Shown here one piece after another: positions 36,701 to 49,550 of a DNA stretch of 64,000 bases. Made by a program: the position numbers and the translations under genes. The stretch is from positions 498,499,675 through 498,563,674 of the forward strand of contig NC_133618.1 in assembly GCF_048593235.1 (NCBI RefSeq), given 5' to 3'. Numbering within the stretch: the first letter of the stretch is position 1; the number at the start of each line of letters is the position of its first letter. The notes under the pieces are model-generated. The model worked only from the letters and a program-made list of their open reading frames with translations. It did no database searches and was not told the DNA's origin. Source of the DNA: Sminthopsis crassicaudata. Taxonomy: Eukaryota.

Positions 36701-38498
36701 ATAAAACATGAAATTGACCTCCTAACAGAAGATAGTGAGAAAGGAAACATTTATTAAATACCTGTCACTTTAGGAATATTATCTCATTGATTCCCTCAAC
36801 AACTCTGAAAGGTAGGTGAGGAAACTGAGGCAAACAAAGATTAAATACCTTGCCCAAGGTCATACAGCTAATAAGCATCTGACACCAGATTTGGACTCAG
36901 GTCTTGCTGAATCCAGGTCCAGAACTCTATGCACTGTGCCACCTAGTTGCCTCTAATCATACATACTCTTATAAAGTTCCCTGCCTAGAATACCCTTCCT
37001 CCTCTTCTCTCCTTATCGCTTCCTATTTCTGTCCTTTAAGGCCAACTTCCCTTCCCTGAAGCTCTTCCAAGCAGTCTCCTCTCTCCCTACACTTCTATTC
37101 CTACCAGGGTTCAAACTCTCCACATGAAGAATATAAACAACTCTAAGGTTCAAGAAATGCTTTACGCACATTACCTCATTTAATCCTAACAATAACCTGA
37201 TAAGGAGCTCCCTACAGATATTGCTATCTCCATTTTAGAGATAAATTAACTGAGGTTCAGAAAGAATAATTGACTTGCCTTTGATCACATGGCCACAGTG
37301 TTAACAAAGGATTGAATCCAGAACCGACTCAACCATGGCACTTACAGCTAGTACCTGGACAATGGATCTCTAAGCTCAAGGATATGGGTACCTTTCTTTT
37401 TTCACATTTATTCTTCCCACCCTTCACTTCTCCACCCCTACTGAAAGTGATCTCAGTTTAGACATGGCTAAAACCAAGCTTTATTGGACTCCTCAGTCAT
37501 CTCCTCCCTTAGGACCCCCATCCCTATTACCATTTCTGGAGCCATAATCAAATCAACTATCATAATTCCGGAAAGGGTGTGTCAATATAGATGGCTTCAC
37601 TCCCCTTCCCAGTAAGTTTCCAAATGGAAAATGGTAACTGTTCTCTCTCATCAAGATTCCCCTATTAATTTCCAGATTAGCATGGCCTCCTCCTATTAGA
37701 ATTTAGTTCAAAGAAGGCTGGAATAGCCTTCCCATCTGTATTTATTTGTATCCCCAGTGCTTAGCATAGTAAGTGCTTAATAAATGCTTTGTTCATTCCT
37801 GCCAAGTGCTCACTAGACATTTAATAATACAAGGCAGGATATATCTTTTCAAATACATGGGATACCATCCCAACTAAATTGTTTGTTCCTCAAGGACAGA
37901 AAGTATTTTTTCTCTTTCTTTGTCTTTCCAGAGAAAAAGAAACAATCTTTCCAAAAGGCCCAGAAGCAACTGTAAGTTTTGACAACAATTCACAGGAAAT
38001 GATTTGCAATCTCACTAATCAATTCCTTAAATCAAACTACATCACAGAGAAACCCTCCAGAGTTGCCCATAATCAAAGCTTAGGAATCTGGTAGCAAAAA
38101 ATTAATTTCAACAATGGCTCTTGTAAAACAAAATGACTTCTGCAAGTCACTCCTATTAGACAGTGCCAGGCTACTTTTTACAATTCTTTCATCCTGTCAT
38201 CAAGCAGTAGTCCTACCTCCTTTCTTCTGCTACCAACTCCACCATCTCCACATCCATTCTCTAGGTCTTTTTAGGTTCTGAGAATTAATTCAGCATGCAA
38301 AGGATGGGCAAGGAATGTTTCTAGCTCCAGGCAGCCTGGAAACGGACTATCTAGCTACATTTTTTAAAAATTCCATGGCACTCATAGTGAGGAGGTCCTG
38401 GATTTTGCCTGGAATTGAGGCTCTACTGAAAACAGTCTAAGCAACCACCATTCCCAGAGGCCTAGGCGAGGGGCTGGCCTCAGGCAGGGGGTCTGTAC

Positions 38499-38614
38499 CT
38501 TGCATGTGTTGCATCAGCAGGGCTCTCTGCAGCATGGGGTTCGAGTTGAGAAGGTTGGCCTGGCCTGTGGCTCGGAGGTTCAAGATCTGCTGCTGCTGCT
38601 GTGGTGATAGCCCC
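38499..38614 (-). CDS. CIZ1: CIZ1 exon (3-equivalent)
   Basis: GLSPQQQQQILNLRATGQANLLNSNPMLQRALLMQHMQ(G), compared with human GLPPQQPQQPLLNL...MLQRALLLQQLQG; 116 nt. Confidence 0.93.
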
Positions 38615-39099
38615 CTATGCACAAGGAGAGAGGATAGGAAAAGCTTCTGTGTGATCCTCAACATTGAAACTCTCCCTTCTCTCCCCTAGAGCTTTTAAGG
38701 CTCCTGCCAAACCAAGAGAAAAGTGGGGCAAATACCTGGGGATAGGAATAGAAAAGTGAGGGTGGGAGCCCAGGGAGCAACTTGGGGCTGGGGAGGCAGA
38801 CTAGATTCAGATTTTTCCATCTCCTGACGAAACAGGCCCGGTAAGGCCACCCCCAAAGACCAAGAGGTCTGACAAGCAAAGGGCAGTGGTCTCTGCGCAG
38901 TAAAACTAAGATCTCTGAGGAAGGATCCAATGGGGATGTGGAGTAGAGATAAAACTTTGGGAGGCCTAGCTCAGGGGTCCAGGTTCCTAACACAAAAAAC
39001 AAAATGGATCTGGGGCTTCTGGGAACAGGCTGGGAGCACCGGCCTATCGGGCAAAACACCCATTACAGCCCCAGCCCCTGGAAGGTGACTACACGGAAC

Positions 39100-41450
39100 C
39101 AAGATGGGTCAGGGGTTTTTCAGGATAGCCCCGCCCCCTTGGGCCCGGCCAAGCCAGCCATCCCCAGCCTCAAGTGGTGGCGCTCACCGGCCTGCGGAAG
39201 GCGGCGGCGGATGCTGCTGCTGCTGCTGCTGGATGAGCTGTTGGATCTGCAGCAGTTGCTGCTGGAACTGGTGCTGTTGGCTGAACATCGCTGCAGGCCG
39301 AAAGAGGGGGGGGAAGCATCAGAACCAAGGGAGCAAGATGGGGGCTAGTATCCAGCCTAGCCCCCCCTTCAGCTTTCTGCAAAAGTACACGCCCATTCCC
39401 TATTTCCCCCGTTCCTCTTCCCTCCAGCCTCAGAAACGCTTCCCCAAATTCTTCTAACCCCTCCCCAAACTCACCATTCCTGTTCCCCCAAATTCCCAGG
39501 GGTCTAGAACCCAGGCTCCAACTTCTCAGATCCCAACTCCGAACTCTCCACCGCCCAATCCCGCCCCAGCTCAGCTCCTGGCAGCAACCCCGCCCCCACC
39601 TGCTTCCCATGGCCTCCTCCTCTCCCTCGAAGGGACAGAAACGAGCGGAAAAGGGCGAGCCCCCAGGGGCCAGCGTCCCCAAATCCCGGGCTCGACCTCA
39701 ATCTCGCTCCCTCGGCCCCCTCCCCCTCCAGGGACACACCGGCCGGGACAGCTCCCCCGCTCCGGCTCCGGGCTGCTGGGTCCTTCTCTCTCTCTCTCAG
39801 CGCCCTATTCTCTTTCCTTTCTCTCACCCTCCCTAAGGGACAACCCGCAGCGGGGGAGAAGGGGGCGGGACGACGGGGGAGGGGGACCGAGCCGCTCCTT
39901 TTGTAGGCCCGGAGGTCCTATGGCCGCCGCGGACCCTCCCCTTCCCCTCTCCCGCCCGAGAGCTCTAGGGGAGGTTGTGTGGGGAGGCGGCCGCCTCACC
40001 TACCTCCCCGGCTCCGAGAGGGTTTTCCTGCATGCTCCAGGGAGCTGGGGGGAGGGGAGGGAACGCGAAAGGAAATTAATTAAGTCAGGCCCCTAAACTC
40101 TGATCTCCGATCTACTGGCTCTCCAGATCTCTCCAGAAGCCCGTTTCCCCACCCCCACGCCCCCTCCTTGATTTGCCTCAGGGAAGGAGGAGGTAAGAGC
40201 CATCTGCTCTGGGGAGGTGCGAGAGAAGAGGGGAGGAGTAAATGGCGGAGGGGGAGCAGCAGATGGCCACGGGAGGCTCGTTCCGCTTTTCCAGAAAGCT
40301 CTCGGTACCTGGGGCAGATGGCCACGGTCTGGCCGGGGAGGAGGCAGGGCCAAGTCACGGGCCGCTCGGCCCCGCCCCGCCCCACCCTCCCGGTGACCTG
40401 CCGCGGTCAGGTGGCCCCAGGAGAAGCGCAGACCGGCTGACCGACCCGCCTCCCGTCCCCGCCCCACGCGCACGCGCAAGCACGCGCGCGCGCACGTCCG
40501 TGTCTGAGTGGGTCTCCACGTCTTTGTCCGTCTCTGCCTGACTGTCACCAGGGTCACTTTCTCTGCCGCTCTGTCTCTGTCTCTCGCCGTCCCACGCACG
40601 CGCACACACACATGCAGTCTGTCTCTTCTGCCCATCTCCGTCTCTCTGTCTCTGTTACAAGCACGGGACTGGGAGTCAGTCTCTGTTCCTGCCCGTCTCT
40701 GTCTTTTTCTCTCACCCTCACGCGCGCTCTCACATTCTGAATCTGCTTCTCTATCTGCCCCACTCACGCAGACGGAGGCAGAGAGACTGTCTCTCTGAGT
40801 GTCCCCCACGAATAATCACTCTCCGTCTCTGTCTCTGCCATCTTTCTGTGTCTCCTTGTCTTTCTCTCACACACGTGGTCACGGGCACATTTCGCTCCGA
40901 TTTCCCCTAGGGCCTCTCTAAGGGGATCTCATGCAGGCCCATCATTGCTCCTCACTACACTTTCCAGCCAGCTACCTTGCTGAGCCCGAAAATGTTACGC
41001 GTCTCCGCGTGCCTTTCTTTGCACAGGCTGTTAAGCGTCCCCTCCCTCATTCCGGAGCTCAGCTCTCACGCTATCTGTCTCTCCGACTCCCTCCCCCACC
41101 CGCAGGGAGTGTCCCCTGGAATTACTTTGTATCTCTTTGCTGCGTAGTTTAGGTTTGTTTTTCTGTGAGTGTGGGAATTTTTTTCCTTCCAAGGCTAGAA
41201 CTGCTTTCCTCTTTGTCTCAGTTATACTCGAGGCCTGGCACAGTTGTTTGTCAAACAGTAATTGATTTCTGGTTGAATGAATAAATATGATATGGAAAGA
41301 AGAGAATTGGAAGGTAAACCGGCTCCAGCTATTCACCTCTGCAAGAGTCACAAGCTCGTCAGTAAAACAAGCGTTAGCCCAAAGGACCTCGGACGGTTCT
41401 TCCACATCTAAGTCCTATGATCCCACCTGTTTCTGTAGGTGGCGAAACCG
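39100..41450 (-). promoter_or_regulatory. CIZ1 CpG island / non-coding exon 1 region
   Basis: CpG-rich; tandem minus-strand donors GAG|GTAGGT (40003) and GTGAGG (39999) are candidate ends of a 5' UTR exon. Confidence 0.65.
39188..39288 (-). CDS. CIZ1: CIZ1 first coding exon (exon 2; acceptor at 39290)
   Basis: MFSQQHQFQQQLLQIQQLIQQQQQQHPPPPSAG(R), compared with human MFSQQQQ...LLQLQQLLQQSPPQ; CG|GTGAGC donor. Confidence 0.93.
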
Positions 41451-44400
41451 AGCGGGGCTGCCTAGCTCATAGACTTATTGAAAAGATTAAATAGCAATAG
41501 ATGAGGGAACGCTTGGGAAAATGCAAAGGGCTAAACATTTGTAATAATACATTATAGGTTTTATAGTGGCCAGCTTTGTTAATATTCATTAGCCAGGGAA
41601 AGGGAACTTCAGCTGGGATCTATAGAGTAGAACATTACTTGGAATATTTCTATCACAAAGTTGTGAGAAAAGTGCTTTGAAAACCTTAAAGTACTATAGA
41701 ATGGTAATTGTTAAATTAATAGAGTCTAACGGACTGCTGACCAATAAGCCTAGTCCCCATGAGGTCCCCACAGTGCATGAGAGATGCAGATGCCTATAGC
41801 TTGAATGACTCTGAACAGCCTGTTTGAAGGAGAGTCGTGGTGGTATTAATAGAAATTCACTGGGAAGACTTTTAGATGTTTGGAGTATACCTAATCAGTG
41901 TAATTTGGATTAGATCACTCTGGACATTATAGAAGTAGAAAAGAAAGGATTTTTTTTCCTTTGCAAAAAATGGGTTTATTACACTGAGAAACAACTTCTC
42001 AGTGGGGTCTTCCAAAAGGAATTTAGCAAAGCTTTGGGATATAAAGTCATTTTTTTTATTAGCCTTCTTAAGGTTTGGGGAAAAACTTTCTTTACCTCAA
42101 TTGAAATAAGTATAGAGACTGAGTCTGCCTCCCTCCCATGCCATCTCATCTCCAAAAGAGACAGACAGATTTTATGAGTTTCTCTTTTTTACATCATCAT
42201 AGTTATCCCCAGTAACTTTGCCCTTTCCAGAGACTCATTTCTTATAATATATAGTATTTTTAAAGACAGATGAAAAAAGAAAAAGAAAAAAATCAGCACA
42301 ATTGATGAATATATTGAAAAAATCAGAAAACATCCACAAAGTGTAATACCTGTGGACCTTCCATTTCCACAAATGGGTGGGTTGGGGGGTGTCCAAAGAG
42401 ATAGATTTTTAAATTCCCAAAGGCATCGATAACTGGCTATTATCTGCAAGCCAGAGGAAGCTTAGTTTGTCTCAGTCATCTATGTACTCTGTGATCACAT
42501 ATGATTCTCATGTGGGAGATTTTTTTTCTCATTTATTTTGCTTTCATATTTGTTTCAAAGTTGGATATTTCACCAATATGTCCTCTGGTTGGCCTAAAAA
42601 AAAATAAACCTATATGTAGATGATTGTTAATGATTTAACATATGTAAAGTATTTTACAAATCTTAAAGTGATAAGTAGATAGGGCAGTTAGGAGCATCAG
42701 GTCTATCTGGCCTGGATTCAGAAAGACCGGAGTTCAAATTCAGCTCAGACACACTTACTAGCAGTGTGAGCTTGGGCAACTCAACCTGCCTCAGTTTCAT
42801 TGTTTGTAAAATGGGGATAATAATAGCACCTATCTCCCACAGTTGTTGTGAAGATCAAACTGATAGTCAAGCACTTAGAGTCCATGGCACATAGTAAGTT
42901 TAATACATATTAGTTATTATTATTGTGATTTATGGTTTTGAGTAGACACTGACCCACATATAGAGATCCATATAGCTGTATGGATGATACACTTTACGAG
43001 TGTTATTCCCTTTACTAGATAACGAGTTATCTGAAAGCAGAAACCATGTATTATCTTATTTTTATATTTCCCTAGTGTTTGTCTCTTCTCCCTTGTCAAG
43101 ATATTAGAAAACAACTTTTTTTCCAGAATTAAGGCCCAGCATGTAAGCTGTATTGTAAGCTTGGTCTAACAACAATATTTTATGCTCACCCTCTTTAAGC
43201 CACAAAAAAACCCTCATATTTGGGATTTATAATTTTAACTATTTAGTCCAGTTTTCTAGGGAATCCTGACTTGAGAGTTGGTACTGAAGGTAACATATTT
43301 CTATAGCACTTTAAGGTTTACAAAGCACTTCCCTCACAACTTTATGATATTAGTGCTTCAAGTAGTAGACTATTTTATTGACTATGATATTGAGGCTCAC
43401 CTTTATCTGGCTAATGAATGTCAACAAAACTAGCCATTGTGATAATCTTTATACATGTTTAGTCCTTTATATTTTCCCAAGTGTCTGTCACCTATTATGT
43501 TATTTAATCTTCATAACAACTCTGTAAGCTAGGCAACCTAGCTCAGTTTCTTCACTTGTAAATATGAGTAGGATGATAGGATTTAGACATGAAAGAAGCC
43601 TTGGAGATGATTTAATGTTAACACCTTTCTTTTATTGATGAACTTATGATCTCTTGTTGAACTTCATTTTAGAGGTGAATAGCTTGAGCTGTTTTTACTT
43701 CCCCATGTCTCTTCCTTCCTTATCATATTTCTTCATTCATTCAACCAGTATTTATCAATCAATTGCCACTTGCCAAACAATTGTACCAGGCCTTTAGGAT
43801 AACAAAGACAAAGAGGAAAGCAGTTCTGGCCTTCAAAGAATGGCTGCTCCATTAACAAGATACTCCATCTTTTGGCTCTGGGTATTTTTCTCTGGCTGTC
43901 TCCCATGTTTGGAGCACTCAATCTTCCCTCCTCCACTCCCGCTACTAACTTCCCTGGCTTTTTTTTAAGTCCAAATTAAAATCTCACCTTCTAGTTTTCC
44001 TTAACTTTTCTTAATTCTAGTGGCTCCCCTCTGTTAATTATTTCCATTTTCCCTGTATAGTTTGCTTTGATTATATTTGCATGTTGTTTCCACAATTAGA
44101 TTTTGCAAGCTCCTTGAGGGTAGGGACAGATTTTTGCTTCTTTTTGTATCACCAGAACTTAGTACTGTGCCTAGCACATAGTAACTTAATCAATGTTGGT
44201 TGATTGATTAATTGAGCATAGTGAATAGATTATATCTTTGTAATCAAGTTCAAATCTGATCTTAGATACTTTCTGTAAAAATTGGAACTGAACTGGGCCT
44301 CTAAAGTCCTTCGGAGTTCTAAATCTTTGATCATATGACCACAAATGAACACAGTAGCTATTTCTGAAAAACTGTCATTCTGCATCTCTGATCCATCACC

Positions 44401-46947
44401 TCTCTGCCAAAGACTAGAAGCATGCTTCAGCCTTATGCTTTGGAAGTCATCCTTCATCACTATATTGATCATGACTGTAAAGTCTTTTAGAGCAGTTTTC
44501 CTTTACATCATAATGGTCATTCCATAAATTATTCTGTTGGTTCAGCTCATTTCTTTCTTCATCAATTCATAAAAATCTTCACAAATTTATCTGTCACATC
44601 TCAAAGTACAGTAATATTCCATTCCATTCATATATTATAACTTGTTCAGTCATTGATTGAGTACAGTGAATACAGCATTATCCTTGGAATCAAGATCAAA
44701 TCTGTTCTGCCTTGAATATTTTTGTCCAAAAGAATCTTTTCCTTTTGTCTTTGACTTCTTTGGGGATTATATGTCCATCAATGATATCTGTGAGTAAAAG
44801 AGTTTGTTTAGTAAGTTAATGGCTTTGAAAGTATTGGTTCAATCCACAGATCCACAAACAGTATTTTAGTGGCTTTTCTCCTACAATCTTTTGAGTAACT
44901 GTCATTTTTTCATTTTGTTATCTTTACTAGTTTGTTGGTTGTGAGGTGAAACTTAGTTATTTTCATTTGCATTTTTCTCATTAATCATGATTTGAAGCAT
45001 GTTTTCTTTTTTCTTTTTCATTCTTAGTGAGGCATTTGGGTTTAAGTGACTTGCCCAGAGTCACATAGCTAGTAAGTGTTAAATATCTGAGACTGAATTT
45101 GAACTCAAGTCCTCCTGCTTCAGGGTCAGTGTTCTATTCACTTAGACATGTAACCTTTCTACCCCCGACTCCCCAGAGCATTCTTTAACACGCTTGTTGA
45201 TAACTGGCATTTCTTCATTTTAAAATGGCCTATTCATTTCTTTTTTATGTCTTCTTAAAATTTTTATTATTTTTCAAATCAACCCCTTCAATAGCTGTCA
45301 GTCTTTTATCACATTCAGGTTCATCAAACTTGGCTGCTGGAAACAGAAAATTGATCTAGAAGGCTAATAGATCCAGACCAATGAATTTGTGTTAGTATGT
45401 CACAATGATTTTCCAAAACTGTAATGCTAATTTCCCACTAAAGTTCAACTCATGTCTCATTATAGCACAGATATTGTTTTTTTCTAAGGGCATATGTCTT
45501 TTGGTAGCTGAATGAGATGTGACTAGAGTTTTGGGCCTGAAGTCAGGAAGACCTGAATTAAAATCCAGCCTAAAACATAGTTTCTGGCAGGTTAGACTAA
45601 CCTGAGTTTGCTAGAGTTAGGAGAAAGGCATCATTAGAGAGAAGGCACTATGAGGGAGAGAAAGAGAGAACCTCATAGTGGGCTTAGTCTTGAGAATTTA
45701 GCCAAGATCTTCATCATAAGCAGATCTTTTATAGGGGCAATGTAACACTGGGGATTTGTCAAATACAAAAGCCAGAGCTCAAGAGGGAAAGTCAGAAAGT
45801 TAGATAGAATGTATCTGGCAAACCAGGTCCCAGACCTGTCTAAAAATATACCAAACAAGATAGTCTGGAAAAACTAACTTCCTTTTTGTATCCAATCATG
45901 GTTAATAAAGTTTACAACTGTCTAAATTTATGGCAATAAGACAGTCTGAAAAAGCTAAGTTCCATCAAGGAATTCTGAAAGGTTATGAATGTCTATAAAG
46001 ATCTAGTTAAGATTGAAGACAGAGTGGATGAATCAACAATAGACTCTGACTTTACGTTATTCCAGAGGAATAGGATATTGGGCAGAGGGAGTAAGTCACA
46101 TCAATAGTACCTACCTCCAAGGATTGTTGTGGAGATCAGAGGAGATAATATTTGTACATTACCTGACACATAGTAGACACTTAAATACTTTCCTTCTTTT
46201 CTTTTAGATTTCAGCAAAGTTGAAAGTCTTAAGTATAAATGTCAGAAACAATAAGATGTTATGACAAATAGATGGGCATTTATTTGGTATCCACAGTTAT
46301 GAAAATTAAATTGGAGAAATGAAACAAATTAGAGAATAGTCAGCAATGACATCAAGGAAGAATTAAGAGTGGAGGTTCTCCTCTCCAAAGAATGTAAGAA
46401 TTTAAGCTCCGTGGGGGTAGGGTCTGGATTCTATAATCAGGGTGACCTGAGATTTGAAAAGAATCTTTTGTTCTTTGTCCCTGGCCCTCTACAGTTACCC
46501 CTTCTAGAGTGTAAGCTCTTTTGGAGCAGGGACTGCCTATGCTATAAGGGGTGGAGATTTATTTTGGATAAATTCTGTAATTTACAATTAGTGGGGAATC
46601 TGTGGAGAAATTTATGCCTTAGGATAGAAAATAAAACACTGCCTTTGGAGTTTCAAAGGTGTATCTCCTAATCTAGGCACACATTCATTGCAAGAATTAA
46701 AACAAATCTTTCCAGCATTCCTCTGTGAGTCTGTGGAGTTCTTGGTAAGATATTTTGTTTCTTACAGATATAAGATTGCTGTTTGTCCTTCATTCTTAAA
46801 GAGGACCAATCCAATAACATCAGGAGGGTGAGGTTTTCATTTGAAAGTCAAATGAATTTAAGCTAAGCAGAGCTGTGCAAAGTCATCGGCCTCCCTCTTT
46901 CCCCCAGAGTCACTTGAGTCCAGTGTCAAGACATAGACCAGGACAAA

Positions 46948-47091
46948 GGGGCAGCTAGGTGGCGCAGTGGATAGAGCACTAGCCCTGAATTCAGGAGGAC
47001 CCCAGTTCAAATGTGGTCTCAGACACTTAACACTTCCTAGCTGTGTGACCCTGGGCAAGTCACTTAACTCCAGCCTAAAAAAAACAAAAAA
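46948..47091 (+). mobile_element. Young short CORE-SINE nested in an older reverse-orientation marsupial SINE (~46775-47330)
   Basis: Perfect 17-bp direct repeats gacatagaccaggacaa at 46930-46946 and 47099-47115. Confidence 0.85.
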
Positions 47092-48502
47092 CTTTTGTGA
47101 CATAGACCAGGACAACAGGCATAGGCTGTAGATACAGTAGGACACCTTGGCCTTTTTAAACTAAAATTTTTTCCAGGTCTCAATTTGGCTAAGACAATAT
47201 AGATTGGTTAATTAGGGACTAGGTATGAATTCAAAGATGGCCCAGTGTGCCTTCACAAAATAGTTAATCTGGGAGAAGACCCTCAGAGTTTCTGGCCAGA
47301 ACAGAAACAATTGCTATTTATGCTCACTCTGAAACATCAAAACCCAATGAGCAAGTGAGGGTTGGACTAGGATCTACTATTGGCAATCAGTGAGAGTCAA
47401 AGTGATGAGGTCCTGAATGGTGTGTTGAATGGAGACCCTGAGAAGGTAATAATGGAGGTCAGTTTAGCTCCATATTCCCACCCTCTGGGGAGGTAGTCAA
47501 GTCTGAAATCCAAGTTATGTGAAACCCCTGTGACCCACTCTCTCTACAGGTATTGAGAAGTCTCACCTTGTCACTGACTTGTCCTGGCAACTGGTCACCC
47601 AACCTTTACCTTAAGACCTCCAGGGATGGGAAGCTCACTCCTTTTTGAGGAAGTCCATTCCATTTAGGGGCACCTATGATTGAAATAGTTCTGCATCTGC
47701 TGAAATCTGTCTTTTTACAATTTTTATCCAGAGCTTCTCATTCTGCCAACTGAGCAGAACAAGGCTAGTGTCTGTCTAACAGCTCCCCAAGTACTGAGGA
47801 CATGTCTTCTCCAGATCCAACATCCCTGCAGACCCTGCAGTTGATGGGGTAATCTCCACATGCCCTTACTAGTTGCCACTCTTGGATGAAGTCAAATTTG
47901 TTCCCAGGACTAAACAAAATACTTTAGAAGAGGTCTGTCTGAGGCAAAGGGCAAGCAAAACCATTCCAGACACTAGGTTTCTCTCTCAACATAAACAAAG
48001 GTAATATTAGCTTTTTTTTTTGGCTATCATGCCATATTGTTGACTCACATTGAGCTGAAAGTCCATAAACCATCCCCCAACTATACTCCAAGCTTCTGTT
48101 TTCTCAGCCTAGGACAATGGAGTCAGGGGAGATATAGAAGGAAGAAATTGGTTTCTGAGTATGACCAGGACCTAAGCAACTTGAGCTAGGCTTGTGGATT
48201 CAGTCATATCCCTGAGATTAAATTTTCTCTATAAAATCTACTTATGGGCCATCCCATCGCTGCTGCCTTCCTTTGGGTCAGTCCTCCCAGGCACTCTGCC
48301 TTCCCCTTTCCTTTCCTCTTTTCCTTCCTTTCCTCTTCTCTTTCTCCTTCCCCTTCCCTTTTCCCCATGCCATGTGGTATCTCTCCTATTCCATTATGCT
48401 TCCCAGCCTCACTCACTTCCCTTCCTTTTCAGGGTTTAGCCTGTGAATGGGATAAACTGAGTAAAGATCTCTGGGGAATGTGACCTTGAATTATACCCTG
48501 AT

Positions 48503-48505
<3 letters not shown>

Positions 48506-48575
<70 letters not shown>
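48506..48575 (+). repeat. (TC)35 microsatellite at the tail of a reverse L1 3' fragment (48576-48725)
   Basis: Read directly. Confidence 0.93.
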
Positions 48576-48579
<4 letters not shown>

Positions 48580-49239
48580 TTATTATAGCTTTTTATTTAC
48601 AAGATATATGCATAAGTAATTTTTCGGCATTGACAATTGCAAAACCTTTTGTTCCAACTTTTCCCCTCCTTTCCCCCACCTCTTCCCCAAGATGGCAGGT
48701 TGACCAATACATGTTAAATATGTTATCTAATGTCCTGATTATGACTTGAAATTTTACCACAATAAGTTGAGCTTTAACTGAAAAGCTGCAGGGGTTTGAT
48801 TGTCTTGGATAAACATTTCCCCTTCTGTTTCCCCACCCATTCCCACCTTTTAATTAGCATTTAAATATTTCTTTTAAAGGAGATGATGGCTTTGGCAATT
48901 CAAGTTACAGGATTCTCTCATCCAAGAATATCTACTTGTATAGCAGTTCTCTAGGGAAATTTAAATTAGGAGTTTGTTATTTACTAATGTTCTTTTGTTT
49001 CTAGGATAAATTTCCATATTTAGAGTATAAGTCTGGACTCCCCCAGACAATGGGAGAAAAGGTCAGGGATGGGGTGGGGGCTTCCAGTCTATAAATCTTG
49101 TGTTTTGCAGTTTGTGCTTTGCCCTCCTTTACTGACACCTTATCTGTTAGGAGTTACCCTTTCTCTCGAGACCATATTAAATCCCTTTTATTTTATTTTT
49201 TTACCTCAAGAGTCTCTGGTTTTTAATTTAGGTTAGGGA

Positions 49240-49500
49240 TCACTGTTCCACATAGCCTATCAGCAAAGGGCAGGCCCCAACCTCATGGGGTTCTCTCTTT
49301 CCACTGGGTAATTGTGAGTTCTACTGAGGAACTTGTCTTCCATATGCTCTTCCATTCTGTTTCATATTTACCATTTCCATGTCTATTTTGCCTGTAGCCT
49401 GTTCTCCTAAATAAATCCACCTTTTGCCCAAGAAAACAGCCATTGTGATTCTTCACATGACAGAACCCCAACTTTTGGAGCCTGCCATCATCTAGCATCT
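49240..49500 (+). mobile_element. LTR 3' fragment, same family as 8536-9241
   Basis: ttcatatttacca..aataaatccaccttttgccc..gccattgtgattcttca is homologous to the reverse complement of ~8610-8730. Confidence 0.55.
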
Positions 49501-49550
49501 ACATCACCAGGTCTTCTTGGTGACAAAACTCATCAAAAGTGATTTAGGTT

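Noticed and set aside
39852-39885. G-quadruplex motif in CIZ1 intron 1 (similar motifs in DNM1 intron 1)
   Set aside because: Routine in CpG islands; nothing distinguishes it.
40093-40809. 238-aa R/E/T-rich ORF on minus
   Set aside because: It is a translation of (TC/TG)-rich low-complexity promoter sequence.
1839-41379. Identical AAGCGTTAGCC upstream of PTGES2 (1839-1849) and CIZ1 (41369-41379)
   Set aside because: Many 11-mer matches are expected by chance in 64 kb on two strands; no known motif.
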